Origin: Pocillopora damicornis
Taxonomy: Eukaryota
DNA length: 64,000 bases
Direction: 5' to 3'
NCBI RefSeq assembly: GCF_003704095.1
Contig: NW_020845410.1
Coordinates: 682,001-746,000 of the forward strand
How positions within the stretch are numbered: the stretch's first letter is position 1; each line of letters starts with the position of its first letter. Of the stretch, positions 26,901 through 39,442 are shown piece after piece. The translations under genes and the position numbers were made by a program. The notes under the pieces were generated by a model that was given only the letters and a program-made list of their open reading frames with translations, did not search any database and was not told the DNA's origin.

Positions 26901-29900
26901 GTGATAACCCCAGTATGTAATAGTAACACTACTGCATTCATTAGACATTGATTTGTGTTCATTTGAAACATTTTTCAGGCGCAGTGTGGTGTCAAAGAAA
27001 CTCCTATCTGCTACCGATTTGTCTGATCTTCCCTGTGACCATTACAACTACTCTGATGTAAGTTGTAATTTTTGCTGTTTGAACCTAGAGAATTTACTCT
27101 TAATATCAAACTGACACCTGTCCTTTTTTTTCTATTTCAGGTAGTTGGAGCTTGTTGTGAAAATGTCATTGGTTACATGCCTGTTCCTGTAGGTGTTGCT
27201 GGCCCTCTTTTGCTAGATGGAGAGAATTATCATGTACCCATGGCAACTACAGAAGGGTGTCTGGTAGCAAGCACTAATCGTGGTTGTCGAGCTCTCATGG
27301 TAATTTTCCAGTTTGATAACTTTTCTTTAATTCGCAATTTCTGCATGTTGAACCACACCACTTCATCCTCATTATGGTTTAAAATGAACTAATTTTATTC
27401 ACAAGAAGTGAGACAGATTTGCAATCCAGCTGTGACAGTGTGATATCTCTGTGTTGATTCTTCAACTTGTTTTAAAAGACTTTCTTGAGTAACCAAGAAG
27501 ATTTTGTTTTCATGAATTGAAGCCTTGTGGCTGTGTGAGCATTACAGTGTTTTAAAAACAATTACAGATTCAGTGAAGTTGCATTTGTAATTACGTTGGT
27601 TTGTTTCTCAGCTGAGTGGTGGTGTTCGCAGTTCAGTGTTTGGAGATGGTATGACCAGGGGTCCTGCAGTAAGATTTCCTTCTGCAGTCCTTGCCAGGTA
27701 AATTCCTTGTATCATGTTCAACTACAAGTAATCAATATAATTGGATCGCGTTTCTTTACTTTTCAATATCGAATATTTTCAAGTCAGATCCTAGCCTTGT
27801 CTAAATAAGTGAAGAATATTAAAATTATTGTAAAACTAACATTACAAGGAATTCATGCTAAAGAAAACAAATATTGTCATTTCAAGGTATTTACTTTTTG
27901 ATTTAACATTGAATTACAGTAATGCAAAGCAGTGGTTGGAGGAGGAGAAAAATTTTATGGAAATCAAGAAAGAGTTTGACAGCACAAGCAGGTAGGTCCA
28001 GAATTTCAGATTATAAGAGTTAGAATTTTCAATTTTTGGACTCTAGTCTGATCCAGGTCTCTAGCCCTAGAAGAGAGTAATTTTGTGGATCTTATGATGG
28101 CACAGCATATCCCCAAATTTTTGGTGTCATCAAATCAAAGTCTTGTCTAGAAGGAAGGGGAGGGGTACAGGTTTCTCCAAACTGATCTGTTTTCCAGGGG
28201 ATGGTACCAACAATGTATGACTCCCATTAATGGATCTAAGTTGAAATAAATGATTAGTATAAATTTGTAGACTAGTTCAATGTATTCTTCTAGACAGATG
28301 ATTCTAATAGATGAATATAACTTGCAGGTTTGCCAGACTGCAGTCAGTGAAAGGAATAATCGCAGGGCGCTTGTTATTCATTAGATTTGTTGCATCAACT
28401 GGAGATGCAATGGGGATGAACATGGTATCAAAGGTAATAGAAATCTTAAATTATTACAATTACATATTAACCATCTGTATCCATTTAATTCCATAATTCA
28501 GTAAACAAGCATAAAGAATAAAAGACATGCTAGTATTTGGTTAATTTTTTTATCATTTTGTTGTGATAGGGAACAGAAAAAGCCCTCTCTTGCTTACAAC
28601 GACACTTTCCTACTCTCGAAGTGTTGAGCTTGAGTGGAAATGTTTGTACAGATAAAAAAGCCACAGCTATTAACTGGATTGAAGGCAGAGGGAAGTCTGT
28701 TGTGTGTGAGGCTATAATCCCAGGGCATATTGTACAGAAGGTGTGTATGCTTCACTTACCTTCTCAGTGCCATAAAACAGTATGCTATCAAAATTCAAGA
28801 TCAGGGAGAGCAGGAATATCTTTAAGTAGTCTGCACCATTGACCATTCAATGATAATTGTAAATTCATCGTTCCCCATGGAAGGGAACCTTTGAGAAGAA
28901 TACAATGCCTAGAAGTATTTTGGGTAAGGTGTAAGGTATTTACTTCTCTTCCTTCCAGGTTTTGAAAACAACAGTCTCCGCACTCTCGGAACTGAACATC
29001 AATAAAAATCTGGTTGGTTCTGCTATGGCTGGGGCCATTGGAGGATTTAATGCTCATGCAGCTAACATAGTAACAGCAATATTTATAGCTACAGGCCAGG
29101 TATTATTATTTAGCCAAAATGCATCAATTTACTTTTCTTTAAATGGGGTACAAATCAGAATTTGCAACATTATTGTTGATTTCAATGTCAATGCTGATTA
29201 CAATGCCTTGCTGTTGTAATTGTTTTCTCCACTTCTCAGATTTCCTGATATCCCTGATGAAAAAATAGATATTCTATGGTGGTTCAACTAATGCAAATGA
29301 CCATTTTTTTTGTAGAAAAGAAAAGAAAAGTTATAAATGCATTTTTCAGTGGAATGAAGACTTATTGAATGTTAAAAATTAGTTTTTCACACTGAATATT
29401 TGTTTACAAACTAATGCAGATTGCAAGCTAGTTAAAAATGCTGAAGAAAATGTCTTAAGATTACATTTTACTTTTAATAGGATCCTGCACAGTGTGTTTC
29501 AAGCAGCAACTGTATCACTCTGTTTGAGCCATGTGGAGCAACCAAAGAAGACCTTTACATTAGGTAATGCTGCTTTTTATTTTTTTGGGAGGGAGGGGGG
29601 GGGGAGCAAGACTTGAATCCACAGACTAATTTGTACCAAAAATCAAGTTCTAGATGACTTGCATATCCTCTGTTTTTCTAATTTTTAGTATTTTGTTTTC
29701 TGTGATCAGCTGTACAATGCCATCACTTGAGGTTGGTACAGTTGGAGGAGGTACTGTGTTGGGCCCTCAGTCTGCTTGTCTCAAGGTGACTTTTTTTTAA
29801 TGGTATAATGCTTAAATTATTTGTCCTTACAACAAAAAAATCTGTGCCAGTAAAGGTACTTACAGGAAGGGATTACCAAAACTTAGTTCTTAAAGTCTAA

Positions 29901-30505
29901 GAGGTTCACAAAACAAAGTGTTTGCTGTCAATAACTCACTTCCTTGTTCTGAGTTGTCCAAAAAGGCACTAAAATTTTTTAATGATTCTGACTATTTTTA
30001 TCATTATATGATTGAAAACACCAGGGAAAGTGTTACAAGGGGCCCAAATTGACCAGTGGCAACATTTTATTGTCTTCACCATGACTTGCCAGTATGCCTT
30101 TCTCAGATTTAATTTCCTTACAGTCTCCTGCAGTGTTGCCCCTTTTCTTTTTCAGATGCTTGGTGTCCGTGGGCCAAACAAATCAGAGCCAGGGAAAAAT
30201 TCAACAAAATTAGCACAAATTATATGTGGCACTGTTCTTGCTGGAGAGTTATCATTGCTATCAGCTCTTGCTACTGGTGATCTGGTTAGAAGCCACTTAG
30301 CTCTAAACAGGTATCGTTTAAAAACAACTTTTCATGTTTATTTGAATAGTTTTCAGTTGCTGTCCTCTAACAGCTAAATGTACTTATTAATTTCCTTCCT
30401 TTTTATACCCTTAATCTTTTTTCTTTTTGTTGTTGTTTTATTAGATCAACAGTTAACCTTCTTGTAGATGGAGTGGACGGGAGCAAGAATTGTGCAGTGT
30501 TGTAA
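20968..30505 (+). CDS. HMGCR: 3-hydroxy-3-methylglutaryl-CoA reductase, class I, membrane-anchored
   Basis: N-terminus [12 protein letters not shown]; membrane-domain exons (22094-22205 onward, [17 protein letters not shown]); catalytic motifs [38 protein letters not shown]; last exon 30445-30505 (R)[19 protein letters not shown]. Confidence 0.97.
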
Positions 30506-30760
30506 GAAGATGACTTCAAATATCACAAAACAACGGTGTTTCATGTGAAACATAACATCATCAAGCACACATCACTGTGTGCCAACAGTTTTCGTGTAAC
30601 ATTGATATAAGTCGCCAGTCTGTGGTCTGAAACTTCTTTCACCATCAAAGGCACATTCAGTTACAGAGGTCTACCTCTTTCAATGGAAAATCATCACTCT
30701 CAACACAGGTCAGATTATGGATCCAGATGTTGTTTGGACAGATTTTTACTGCAACCAAAC

Positions 30761-30803
30761 CAACCACAGTTCATAGCTCTTTAAGAGCTACGAACTGTGG
30801 TTG
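30761..30803. repeat. Near-perfect 43-nt palindrome in the presumed HMGCR 3' UTR
   Basis: CAACCACAGTTC-A-TAGCTC-TTTAA-GAGCTA-C-GAACTGTGGTTG: 18 paired positions with one A-C mismatch. Confidence 0.8.
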
Positions 30804-32597
30804 AGAAAACAGGAAGCAAGCCAAAAAATAGGAAAAAATAGGGACTTGACACCCTGCTCTCATGGCAGGCACACTAACTACCAAACAAAGGTGGATTGAT
30901 AGGTGCACATCTCCTTGTTTTGCAATGCTAAATATGGCCCTGTCAATTGGCCCTCTACAACAACTACTACTTTGGTTACACAGCAGCCAGAGAAAGATTA
31001 GGAAGCCACAAGGTTCAGTAACTGGTCGACAACTTTCGTTTTAATGTTTGTACTTGTCAGCACAAGGGTAAAAATTACTGAATAAAAGACAACTAAATTC
31101 CCTCTTGAATAAGAGGTTAATAATTTTTAGATTATGTTATTTTCATATCGCTTCATGAGATAACGTCTACATTTGAAACAAAACTCTACAGTAGGCCAAA
31201 ATCAATTTTAAACCAAGACAGATGTCATGATAGTAAAATTTAAAATTGCATCCTTAAACTCATGTCTTGAAAATTTTTATTTATTAAAAACTGTATTTTT
31301 AGGAGGAACAAAGATTTTTTTCTCAATAGTTATAAATAGAAAACAATGCGCCATTAAAACCTCATTTGCAGAAAGTTGTGTATTTGTTTTGCTCTTGATT
31401 TTAACTGCAGTTTAAAGAGTTTAAAGTGTTTGAGATCTGTAAGAGAAGCATATCACAAACAAACAAAAATGGTTCAAAGCATTGTGTGAAGGGGATGCAA
31501 AAGCACGGGCAACAGCCTGGGAACTAGCCAACTCCAAACTTAGGTTTCAGATGAGAGGTTGGGAAGGTGCAACTAATGGGTTTATTGTGCTCTCAACCAG
31601 AGCAAAGAACCTCTCCTCTCCCCTCCCCCCTTCCCTTCCAAACCTTGTGGGGGCAGTTAGGATCTGATTGAGTGTATTCTAACACAAAATGATAGGAGCA
31701 AAGCATGATTCTTTGGAGTTCTTTAATTATACCAGTAACTTGCCCAAGACATTTTCAACTTTACTCAGATGTTATTGCTTGGAAATCTCACAGGTACCTT
31801 TTATTTTTTCGTCACATCTTACAAATATATTTACCCTCTTTTTTTTCTCTTTAACTTACAAAGCCCAGTAAAGCACAAAATTAAACTTGTGTCCAAGTAA
31901 GAGTAATATTACTCTCTTCTATCCTCCAGATTATCATAAGCATTTTAATCTGCAGTTCTTTGTAATGAGCTGTAAGTAAATATTGGTGGGCTCTTGAACT
32001 GTGTAGAAGTTATATCCAGACATAGAAGGTCTTGATTTTCAAACAATCAAACTAAGCCAGAGGTTTCTGTTATGCTGAGGACAAAACGACAAAAAAGTTG
32101 GCTCTCTATGATCTTAATAATCCCCTATCAATTTCTGCAAATTTGTTTAGTTTCCTTTGTTGCAATCTCAGATTTACTTTCCCATGTATTACACTGCAGG
32201 TTTCTTTCTAAGTATCCCTTACTATGATGAACAATAGCACATCAAATTCATTATCACCTGAGGAAAATGTCACGTTAAAGTGAGGAAATGAGTGAAATTG
32301 AACCCAAAATTCCAGAGAAGACAGATAACCTTGAGTGCAATTTGAAATAAACAAGTACAAGTGCATTTTTCTGAGACAAAAACAATCGCAGACCTGCCAA
32401 CTTTCTGCTTTGCTTAGCATTAATTTACAAACTCTTAACCAATGAGGATGCAATTGAACAAAGCGAAGCATGATTTCATTCATGTTATAAAGCTAATTCT
32501 GAGTATGATGCTTAAGGTATGATGGGCTTATTAACAGCCATATAGATATCACACGGAAATACAATGGGTAACCTATTGTGAACTAAAGGTCTTTGTC

Positions 32598-35500
32598 TTA
32601 CATGTACCTGGTTGCTTCTGAGGTTGATGAATTTGTGAATGTGGAGGATGAAAAATGTTTATTGAAGTCAATTCTCAGGAGCAACTGAGCCAAGTGAGGA
32701 CTTGCTTGATGGCTCCGAACACTTGACAAGATTTGAAACAAAAGAACTGTTTGTCTCTCATACGTCTGGAGAGAAGGAAAGAAGTTTCCAGTGAGATAAG
32801 TATTTGTTTATAAATTAATTTCCCATCAATGTTTGGTTTAAAAAGAAAAATAATTTAAAACACAGATTGCTTTTTATTCACCAATAATGACCTCATTATG
32901 GTGCATGTCACACCACCACTAATTTCGAACTCTGTAACTCAATGATAGAGTTACAGAATGAAAGTGCACTTGTTCAAACCCATAATGGACTTTATTCAAG
33001 AATCGTAAAATAATTGAAATAAACTGCCTTTCTATTTTGTCACTAGGCCTATACCTTAGTAATATTGTCAATCTGGCTCAGTTCTCTCTTAGCAAGACCA
33101 CTACTGCCTGTCTGAAGAAGAAGCGCACTGAATGATTGGCATAAGTTCAGGATCTCATCAAGGCAGTGTGACACCTGTCAATCACAAAGAGCACACCAAT
33201 AATGATGAGAAAAAAAAAAAAAGCATAGGCACATTTTATCTAGGGCAGGAATTGCTCTGTGCCAAATTAGTTCCCATCCCTTTGAGCCAGTATTGTACAC
33301 ACCTAAACATCAGTATGCATATTCTCCATACTGTTCTCTGTACATTTCTTTAGGTGCTGACCAAGAGAACTTGTTTAACAATTGACAGCTTCTCAGTCGA
33401 CAATCATTTACTTCACTCTCATTATATTAACATTTGATTTATATATGAAAACTAACCGGTTTCATGAGTAAAAAAGACTGAGCCATCAATGTTGTAAGAA
33501 AGTTGTCATGCGCCAAACGGATGGACTCAAAATCTCTAGTGCTGTTGATTTTTTCCACAAGCTGACTGTACTGTGCCTCAAGTACATCCACCTGTATACC
33601 AACACAACCAAGAGAACATCATGATCCCTTAAGAAACAAAGTTAAATGATTCCATTTTAAAGGGAGGGGGGGTGTTTCATATCAACTCACTACATAAGCA
33701 AGCTGGCTTTTTCAAATTCCCTGTTTACCTGCCTTCAACAAAAACATAATAGGTTTGTTGGTAGGTACTCTCATTCATATGTGCAATGCAAATTCCAGAA
33801 TTTCCTTTCAATTAAAATTTTCAGTTGTAAGTAAGTTACCTGCAGGTAATACTGTAGATTATCAACCAAGAAGGCCATATGCATCCTTGAAAGCCATATC
33901 TTTGTCATATTTGATAGCTGTGCAGTAGATAAGTGTTTGGTGCCCATATATGCTGCCCACACTTGTTGAAGATCCAACTGAGTTCGCTTCACTTTCAACA
34001 AAAATCTGAACAACTTGTTGTAGCTGCAGAAAAAAAAAACCCATACGCAAACGGAACAAGAAGTCAGCTTCCTCATCTCTTAACCAAAATCTTTTCTACA
34101 TGTTCTATCATTTTCTCCTAATATGAATTACACATTTCCTTTGGTTTTATGAGCATCAAGCTTTGAGTTGTTGCATGAATTCCAGATTACCCAATGAAAA
34201 CCACAAAAAAAGACTACCCATATGTTCATCTTTGCAATAATTTAAATATACTGCAAGAACAATTATACCTTTTGTGCATAAGACTTACTTTTCAAGTACT
34301 GCAGGTTGAAACAGAATGTGTAATGGCCACTGTACATCATACTGTAGCTTGACACAGTCCCAACCAGATATAACCACACCTGGCTGATCTGCAAAAATCA
34401 AACAGAGAAACAGTAGAAAAAAGCTTTTCTCACTTGAATGGGAAAACCAAATTTCTGGACTTCCCCAGATAGAGGATTTGCACCTTAGACAATCAAATTT
34501 TACAGCCTGTTCCAAATACAAAGTAAGAAAGCTGGGATATGAGAAAAAGCAGGTAGAGCAAGAGAAAACTAATTTCATGGTTAAGTGTTCAACCCAGTGA
34601 GCAGCAGACTGAGACCCCATTGATGACCCAAGTCATAGGCTACTTTAGGTACATAACTAGGTTACTAGTGCCCTGTATAGTGCTAAGATCAATTCTTAAA
34701 ACGATCCTGACAAATTATTTAATAAAATAACTAGTATAAAAACAGTATAAATGTTAAACTTATCATAAACAGTCATATTTAAAATAACTCTTAGATTTGA
34801 GTAAGACATATGGCTACCTGCTGAAGCTGCTTTTTTCTTTTTCTCATTTTGAGTACATTCTTCATCAATCACCACAGTGAACATAGAGGCAGCTTCATCA
34901 TCATCTGGAAGAAACTGAAATGACCCTTTTAACATTAATTTTAAGTAATGTAAACATTTACACAAAAAATGACCTTTCTTAAATGAAAGAACTCCTGATA
35001 AGGGGAAGTTCATCAAACTGCAAGATTTGCCCAACCCTACTGGCAAACACCCAGAGCCTACAATGAAAGATGGGGAAAGCTTGGTAACTCTTATACACAG
35101 AGAAAAAAGTGATCAATTCAAAATACACATTAGCTATTTCTTACTTATTATAAAGGTGTGCCATGCAGTTAACATAAGACAAACTATTCCTTTTAAAGAG
35201 CATGAAAGAGAATATCTTGTAATTGTATAGAGATCTACCTTATGCAATCAGTCTACAAAATGCAATTTTTTCAAAGTTCTCTCTCTCTCTCTCACTTACA
35301 TAACTCTTATACAACACACCTTGCTAAGAACTTGCAAAAATGCAGCATTGGCATCTGAAGCAAAGATCAAAGCAAAAAATCAAACAATGCTATTTTGCCT
35401 TTCTGGGAGAAAAAAAGCATACAAACAAACAAAAAATGAGGAGATCACATGTAGTAGAGGTATCTTAGAAATATTGAGTTGTGTCCTACCATGTGAGGTG

Positions 35501-38500
35501 TTGTCTGATGGAGGAAGTTTAAGTAAACCTCTGGCATGTTCTATAAATGCTGAGAACAGCTCTCCTCTTCCCATCAGGAAAAAATCTTTTAAAATCTATG
35601 ATCAAAACAAAAATTACTATGCTTATTGTTTTTCAAAATTTTAATAAATTTAAAGTAATAAATTGACTGAAAATATAACAGTAATAATTTCTGTCCCACC
35701 TTGAAAACAAAAGCTGTCAAGGAATTGGTGATTCTTTTTTATCATTTTGTTGAGATAGGTTCAGATATAAAAGATATCTGATTTTTGCACTTTTCTGTGC
35801 AAGTGGTAAAATGTTAGCATAGAGAAAGACATTATAATGTTAAATTTTCTCCTCTGTTGATGTATACAGAGAGGAGTGACACATTAAATGATTTGCACAA
35901 ATTTTCCTTAACATTTGGAGTGAGGATACAATTTGACACATGGCTGTGAAGATTGTTTCCACTGGACCTAAAGATCCATTCTAAACTCTTGCAGCATTTC
36001 AATTCAAGGAAATTTCTTCTTGCAGATGAAGACCATCTGCAAAATCTGAAAAGATTTAAGGTAACTAGCAAAGCTTTCATGCAAGCTTTATTCACCTGCA
36101 AATGTTTTAGTAGATTCACATCTTCAACAACCAACTTCCAAAGATGCTGCAGGAGACACAATAAAACAAGAATTCTTGCTAATTCATGACAACTGAAATT
36201 TTAAATAATGAGATACACATTTTCTACAGATATAATAATCTGTGCCCTTGTTTATTGGCAAGATTGAGATGGAACTCAACTTACCTCAGCAACACACAAC
36301 CTAATCTTGTCGATTTCATTTTCAAACAGCATCAAATTAAACCTGGGCATTTCTTGAAGTGAATATAATGACCTTGTGAATTCTTCCTCTTTATCCTGAA
36401 TTATAGAACCTAGAAATCACCACATAATAATCAATTAAGTGGTGAAAAAAAGTAAAACAAACTACAAAAATTATTTATTAATAAATACAAATAAAAAGAA
36501 TGACTTACTTCTGTAAATAGAATTGTTATTTGCCTTTGATCCTTTAAACATTCCAACCGATTCACCAATGAACAAAACCTAAACAGGAAAACCAAACAGT
36601 TTTAAAATTGTGAAGAATTTAGTCAGTACCAAAGTCTATCAGTATAAAATATATTGTATCACATGATTCTTCTCTGTAACAGTTAGCTAAACACAAACGA
36701 TCACTTCTCACCTTATCAGCCACTCTTGTGGGGATATAAGATGGCAGCATTTCTGCATTTATTCTGTACTTCCATTGCACTGGTGTCTGTTTCTTGGTGT
36801 CACCTTCCTGACATGCAGGTAATGAGACATAAATTCCAATTAAATTCACCCTGCCTTTAAGATATAGGAACAGATAATTGCTGGAAATTCCTATCATGGA
36901 TATTCTCTTAACATTTCATCTTTTAGATTTGATCTGACATCACCACAACAAAGGCATCACCTTTGTTGTGCATAACTTTGGAAATTATTCTTGAACATAA
37001 AGTTTTACAATTCTCCTTACCTTTTTGTTGTCTAAAGTAATTGCATGATAATCACTTCAAGTAATTTAATATTAAAGCACAATCCTCTTCGACCCTGGCC
37101 TTACCAGTATTTCAGCAAGTTGCCTTCCTGTTATACCAGGTATTCCCAGATCACTGCTGGTGCCATCTTCGGGTATGTCCAATGTATCATCATCTTCTGA
37201 TGTAACTTCCTTGATGAAAAACTCATCGTGCTTATCAATGTGAATCCCGTGTAGACACCATGCACTGAGTTGCTGGTACATTACACCATGACATACAAAC
37301 AGGATTCTAAGGGAAAACCCCCATAGCCCAATGTTAATTTTCAAGCTAATCATTATAACGTATAAAACTCCTTTGTGCAATGTTAAATTGATTGTAGCAC
37401 AGACTTTCCCTTTTCTTTTAAACCACCATTCTTCAACCCTGTCTATACATATACATCAGCCCTTATTATCATATCCTTCCTGGAAGAGATGGGCATTATG
37501 AGAGTTATGTTTCCNNNNNNNNNNNNNNNNNNNNNNNNNNNNNNNNNNNNNNNNNNNNNNNNNNNNNNNNNNNNNNNNNNNNNNNNNNNNNNNNNNNNNN
37601 NNNNGTATTATGCAACAACAAAAAAAGAGACACCCAAAGTCCTGTTGCAAGGCAAACTCAGAGTTATTTTATTTGAGGAGATATTACCTCTCTAATGCAT
37701 CCCTTAAATCAGGGATTCCACAGTTACAGCTCTGGTACAAAATATCCAGAATTTGACATCCTGAAGCCTGTTCACAGGAAGAAAATAGGCAAAAGTCAGT
37801 ACTCATAACAATGGTTGACAGATTCTTCGTAATGGTTAATAATGGTAAGTCCACATAAGTTGGTATCAAAATGAGATGTTTTCTAAAAGTTAGCACAAAC
37901 TCACTCAAAAATGAACTAACATCAAATTCTGGGGAATTGAACCATTTGGTAAATAAGCATGACTACCTTGCTTGCTTTGATCTGTTCTATTACTGACCAC
38001 AGGGCAGGAAACAAAGCTTGGTACTAAAAGGGTAAGATACAAATATTCAAGGATGAAAGAAGATGTTATTCAGTGAGTTACACAGGCATACTCAAAGAAA
38101 AAAAACTGCTAGTGTTCCCATCAGGAGTCAAAGCTACGACCTTCTGATTAGTACTTCCGATGCTCTACCACTGAGCTACAGGGGACTTAAGGCAGGCTAA
38201 GCCAATTAATTAAGTCCATGGTGATAAACTTCTTGCATACTGCAAGGATAGGAATGTCATAGGAAAGGATCATTGGTAAACTTTACCACCATGAAAAGTG
38301 CTATAACTATATCCAAAGCTGCTACACATACTCTTGTAAATTAGTTAAATTAGTTTTAACAGATCAAAATAACATCCTCTAGGTGATAAGTTTGAATATT
38401 CTCATTACCTTTCTGCTGGATGATGCATGGATATTATAGGGAGAAGATAAATGTCAATCACTCATGAGATTTAAAGGGTTAATAAACAAACCTTTTCTAA

Positions 38501-39245
38501 GCTGTGTTCGATAAAAGTCAGTGGCAGCTTAGGATCTTTAAGAATCTGTTATAATAACAAAATAAAACATAATGATTGTCACAGATTTCGAGAACTGAAC
38601 TTTGTGATATTCATTTAAAGAAAACAATAAAACATAAAGGTATTAACAACAGTCATGTATGACTGAAACCAATTACCTGCTTTTCTAAATCGATCAAGCT
38701 TTTCCTATAAGAATCCAGGACCTGGTCCAAACCAGTACAGAATGCCTGGATGTACAAACCGAAGGAATCTGCTGAAGTTGTTCCTAGACACAAGACAATG
38801 TAGTAGAAATACCGTCTGTTAGAATAAATTCTCGATTTAAAAAATATCAAAAACATAAAATATTTCATAGTTTTGCTTACCATCTTTGGATCGTTTGATC
38901 GTTTTAAGATAGGGTGAAACTTCCGAATACTTTCTACGAAACGTTTGAAAGTTTTGGAAGTAAGTCCCAAGTTTGCAGATTCTGTTCAGAAGATCAACTT
39001 CACTCCCATGGATAAATGGCAAATCAGTAGCAACCTAAGATGGAAAAAATACACCTTCCGTGGGCTAATATTCACCTATAAACTTATCAAGTTTTGAAAA
39101 TATTGGCGCCAAAGAGGTCTTCAAGATTTATGTACATGTGGTCAGTTGAACATGTACAAGCTCAAACCTGAAGTCCGGCAAACTTTTTGTGTACAAAGAT
39201 ACCACCAGAATCTCCTGATAAGGCCAGCAAAAGCTCGTGTAACAT
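32598..39245 (-). CDS. TUBGCP4: Gamma-tubulin complex component 4
   Basis: Start MLHELLLALSG (39245). About 19 GT-AG exons including MLPSYIP, GRGELF, QWPLHILF, HMAFLVDNLQYYLQVDVLEAQ and SPHLAQLLLRIDFNK. Stop placed at 32598 assuming no further exon. Confidence 0.94.
37515..37604. other. Assembly gap (90 N) inside a TUBGCP4 intron
   Basis: Run of N. The flanking exons (37688-37767 and 37105-37305) join in frame, so no coding exon appears to be lost. Confidence 0.95.
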
Positions 39246-39442
39246 TTTACTCTACAAACATAACTTTCTTCTACTCATCCAAACTATCCGCCATCTTTGT
39301 TTTGTATTATACTACGCATGTGTTGTTGCCAGTCCCTTCGGCTGTCTTCTCACCTGAGTACCCACAATGCATGCGAACCGTCCTTCTCGTTCTCTTTTCA
39401 TTGCTTCTTGTGAGATTCTTCTCGTCAAAGAGGAGACGAACG
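39246..39442. promoter_or_regulatory. Compact bidirectional promoter TUBGCP4/RPS6 with ZNF143-like site, TCT/5'TOP tract and YY1-like motif
   Basis: The ATGs are only ~200 bp apart. TACCCACAATGCATGC at 39359-39374; pyrimidine tract CTTCTCGTTCTCTTTTC at ~39383-39399 before RPS6; AAGATGGCGG on the minus strand at ~39288-39297. Confidence 0.7.

Noticed and set aside
38110-38185. tRNA-like sequence (minus strand), also near 60945-61015
   Set aside because: Degenerate stems and B box, with repeat-family flanks. These are SINE heads, not tRNA genes.
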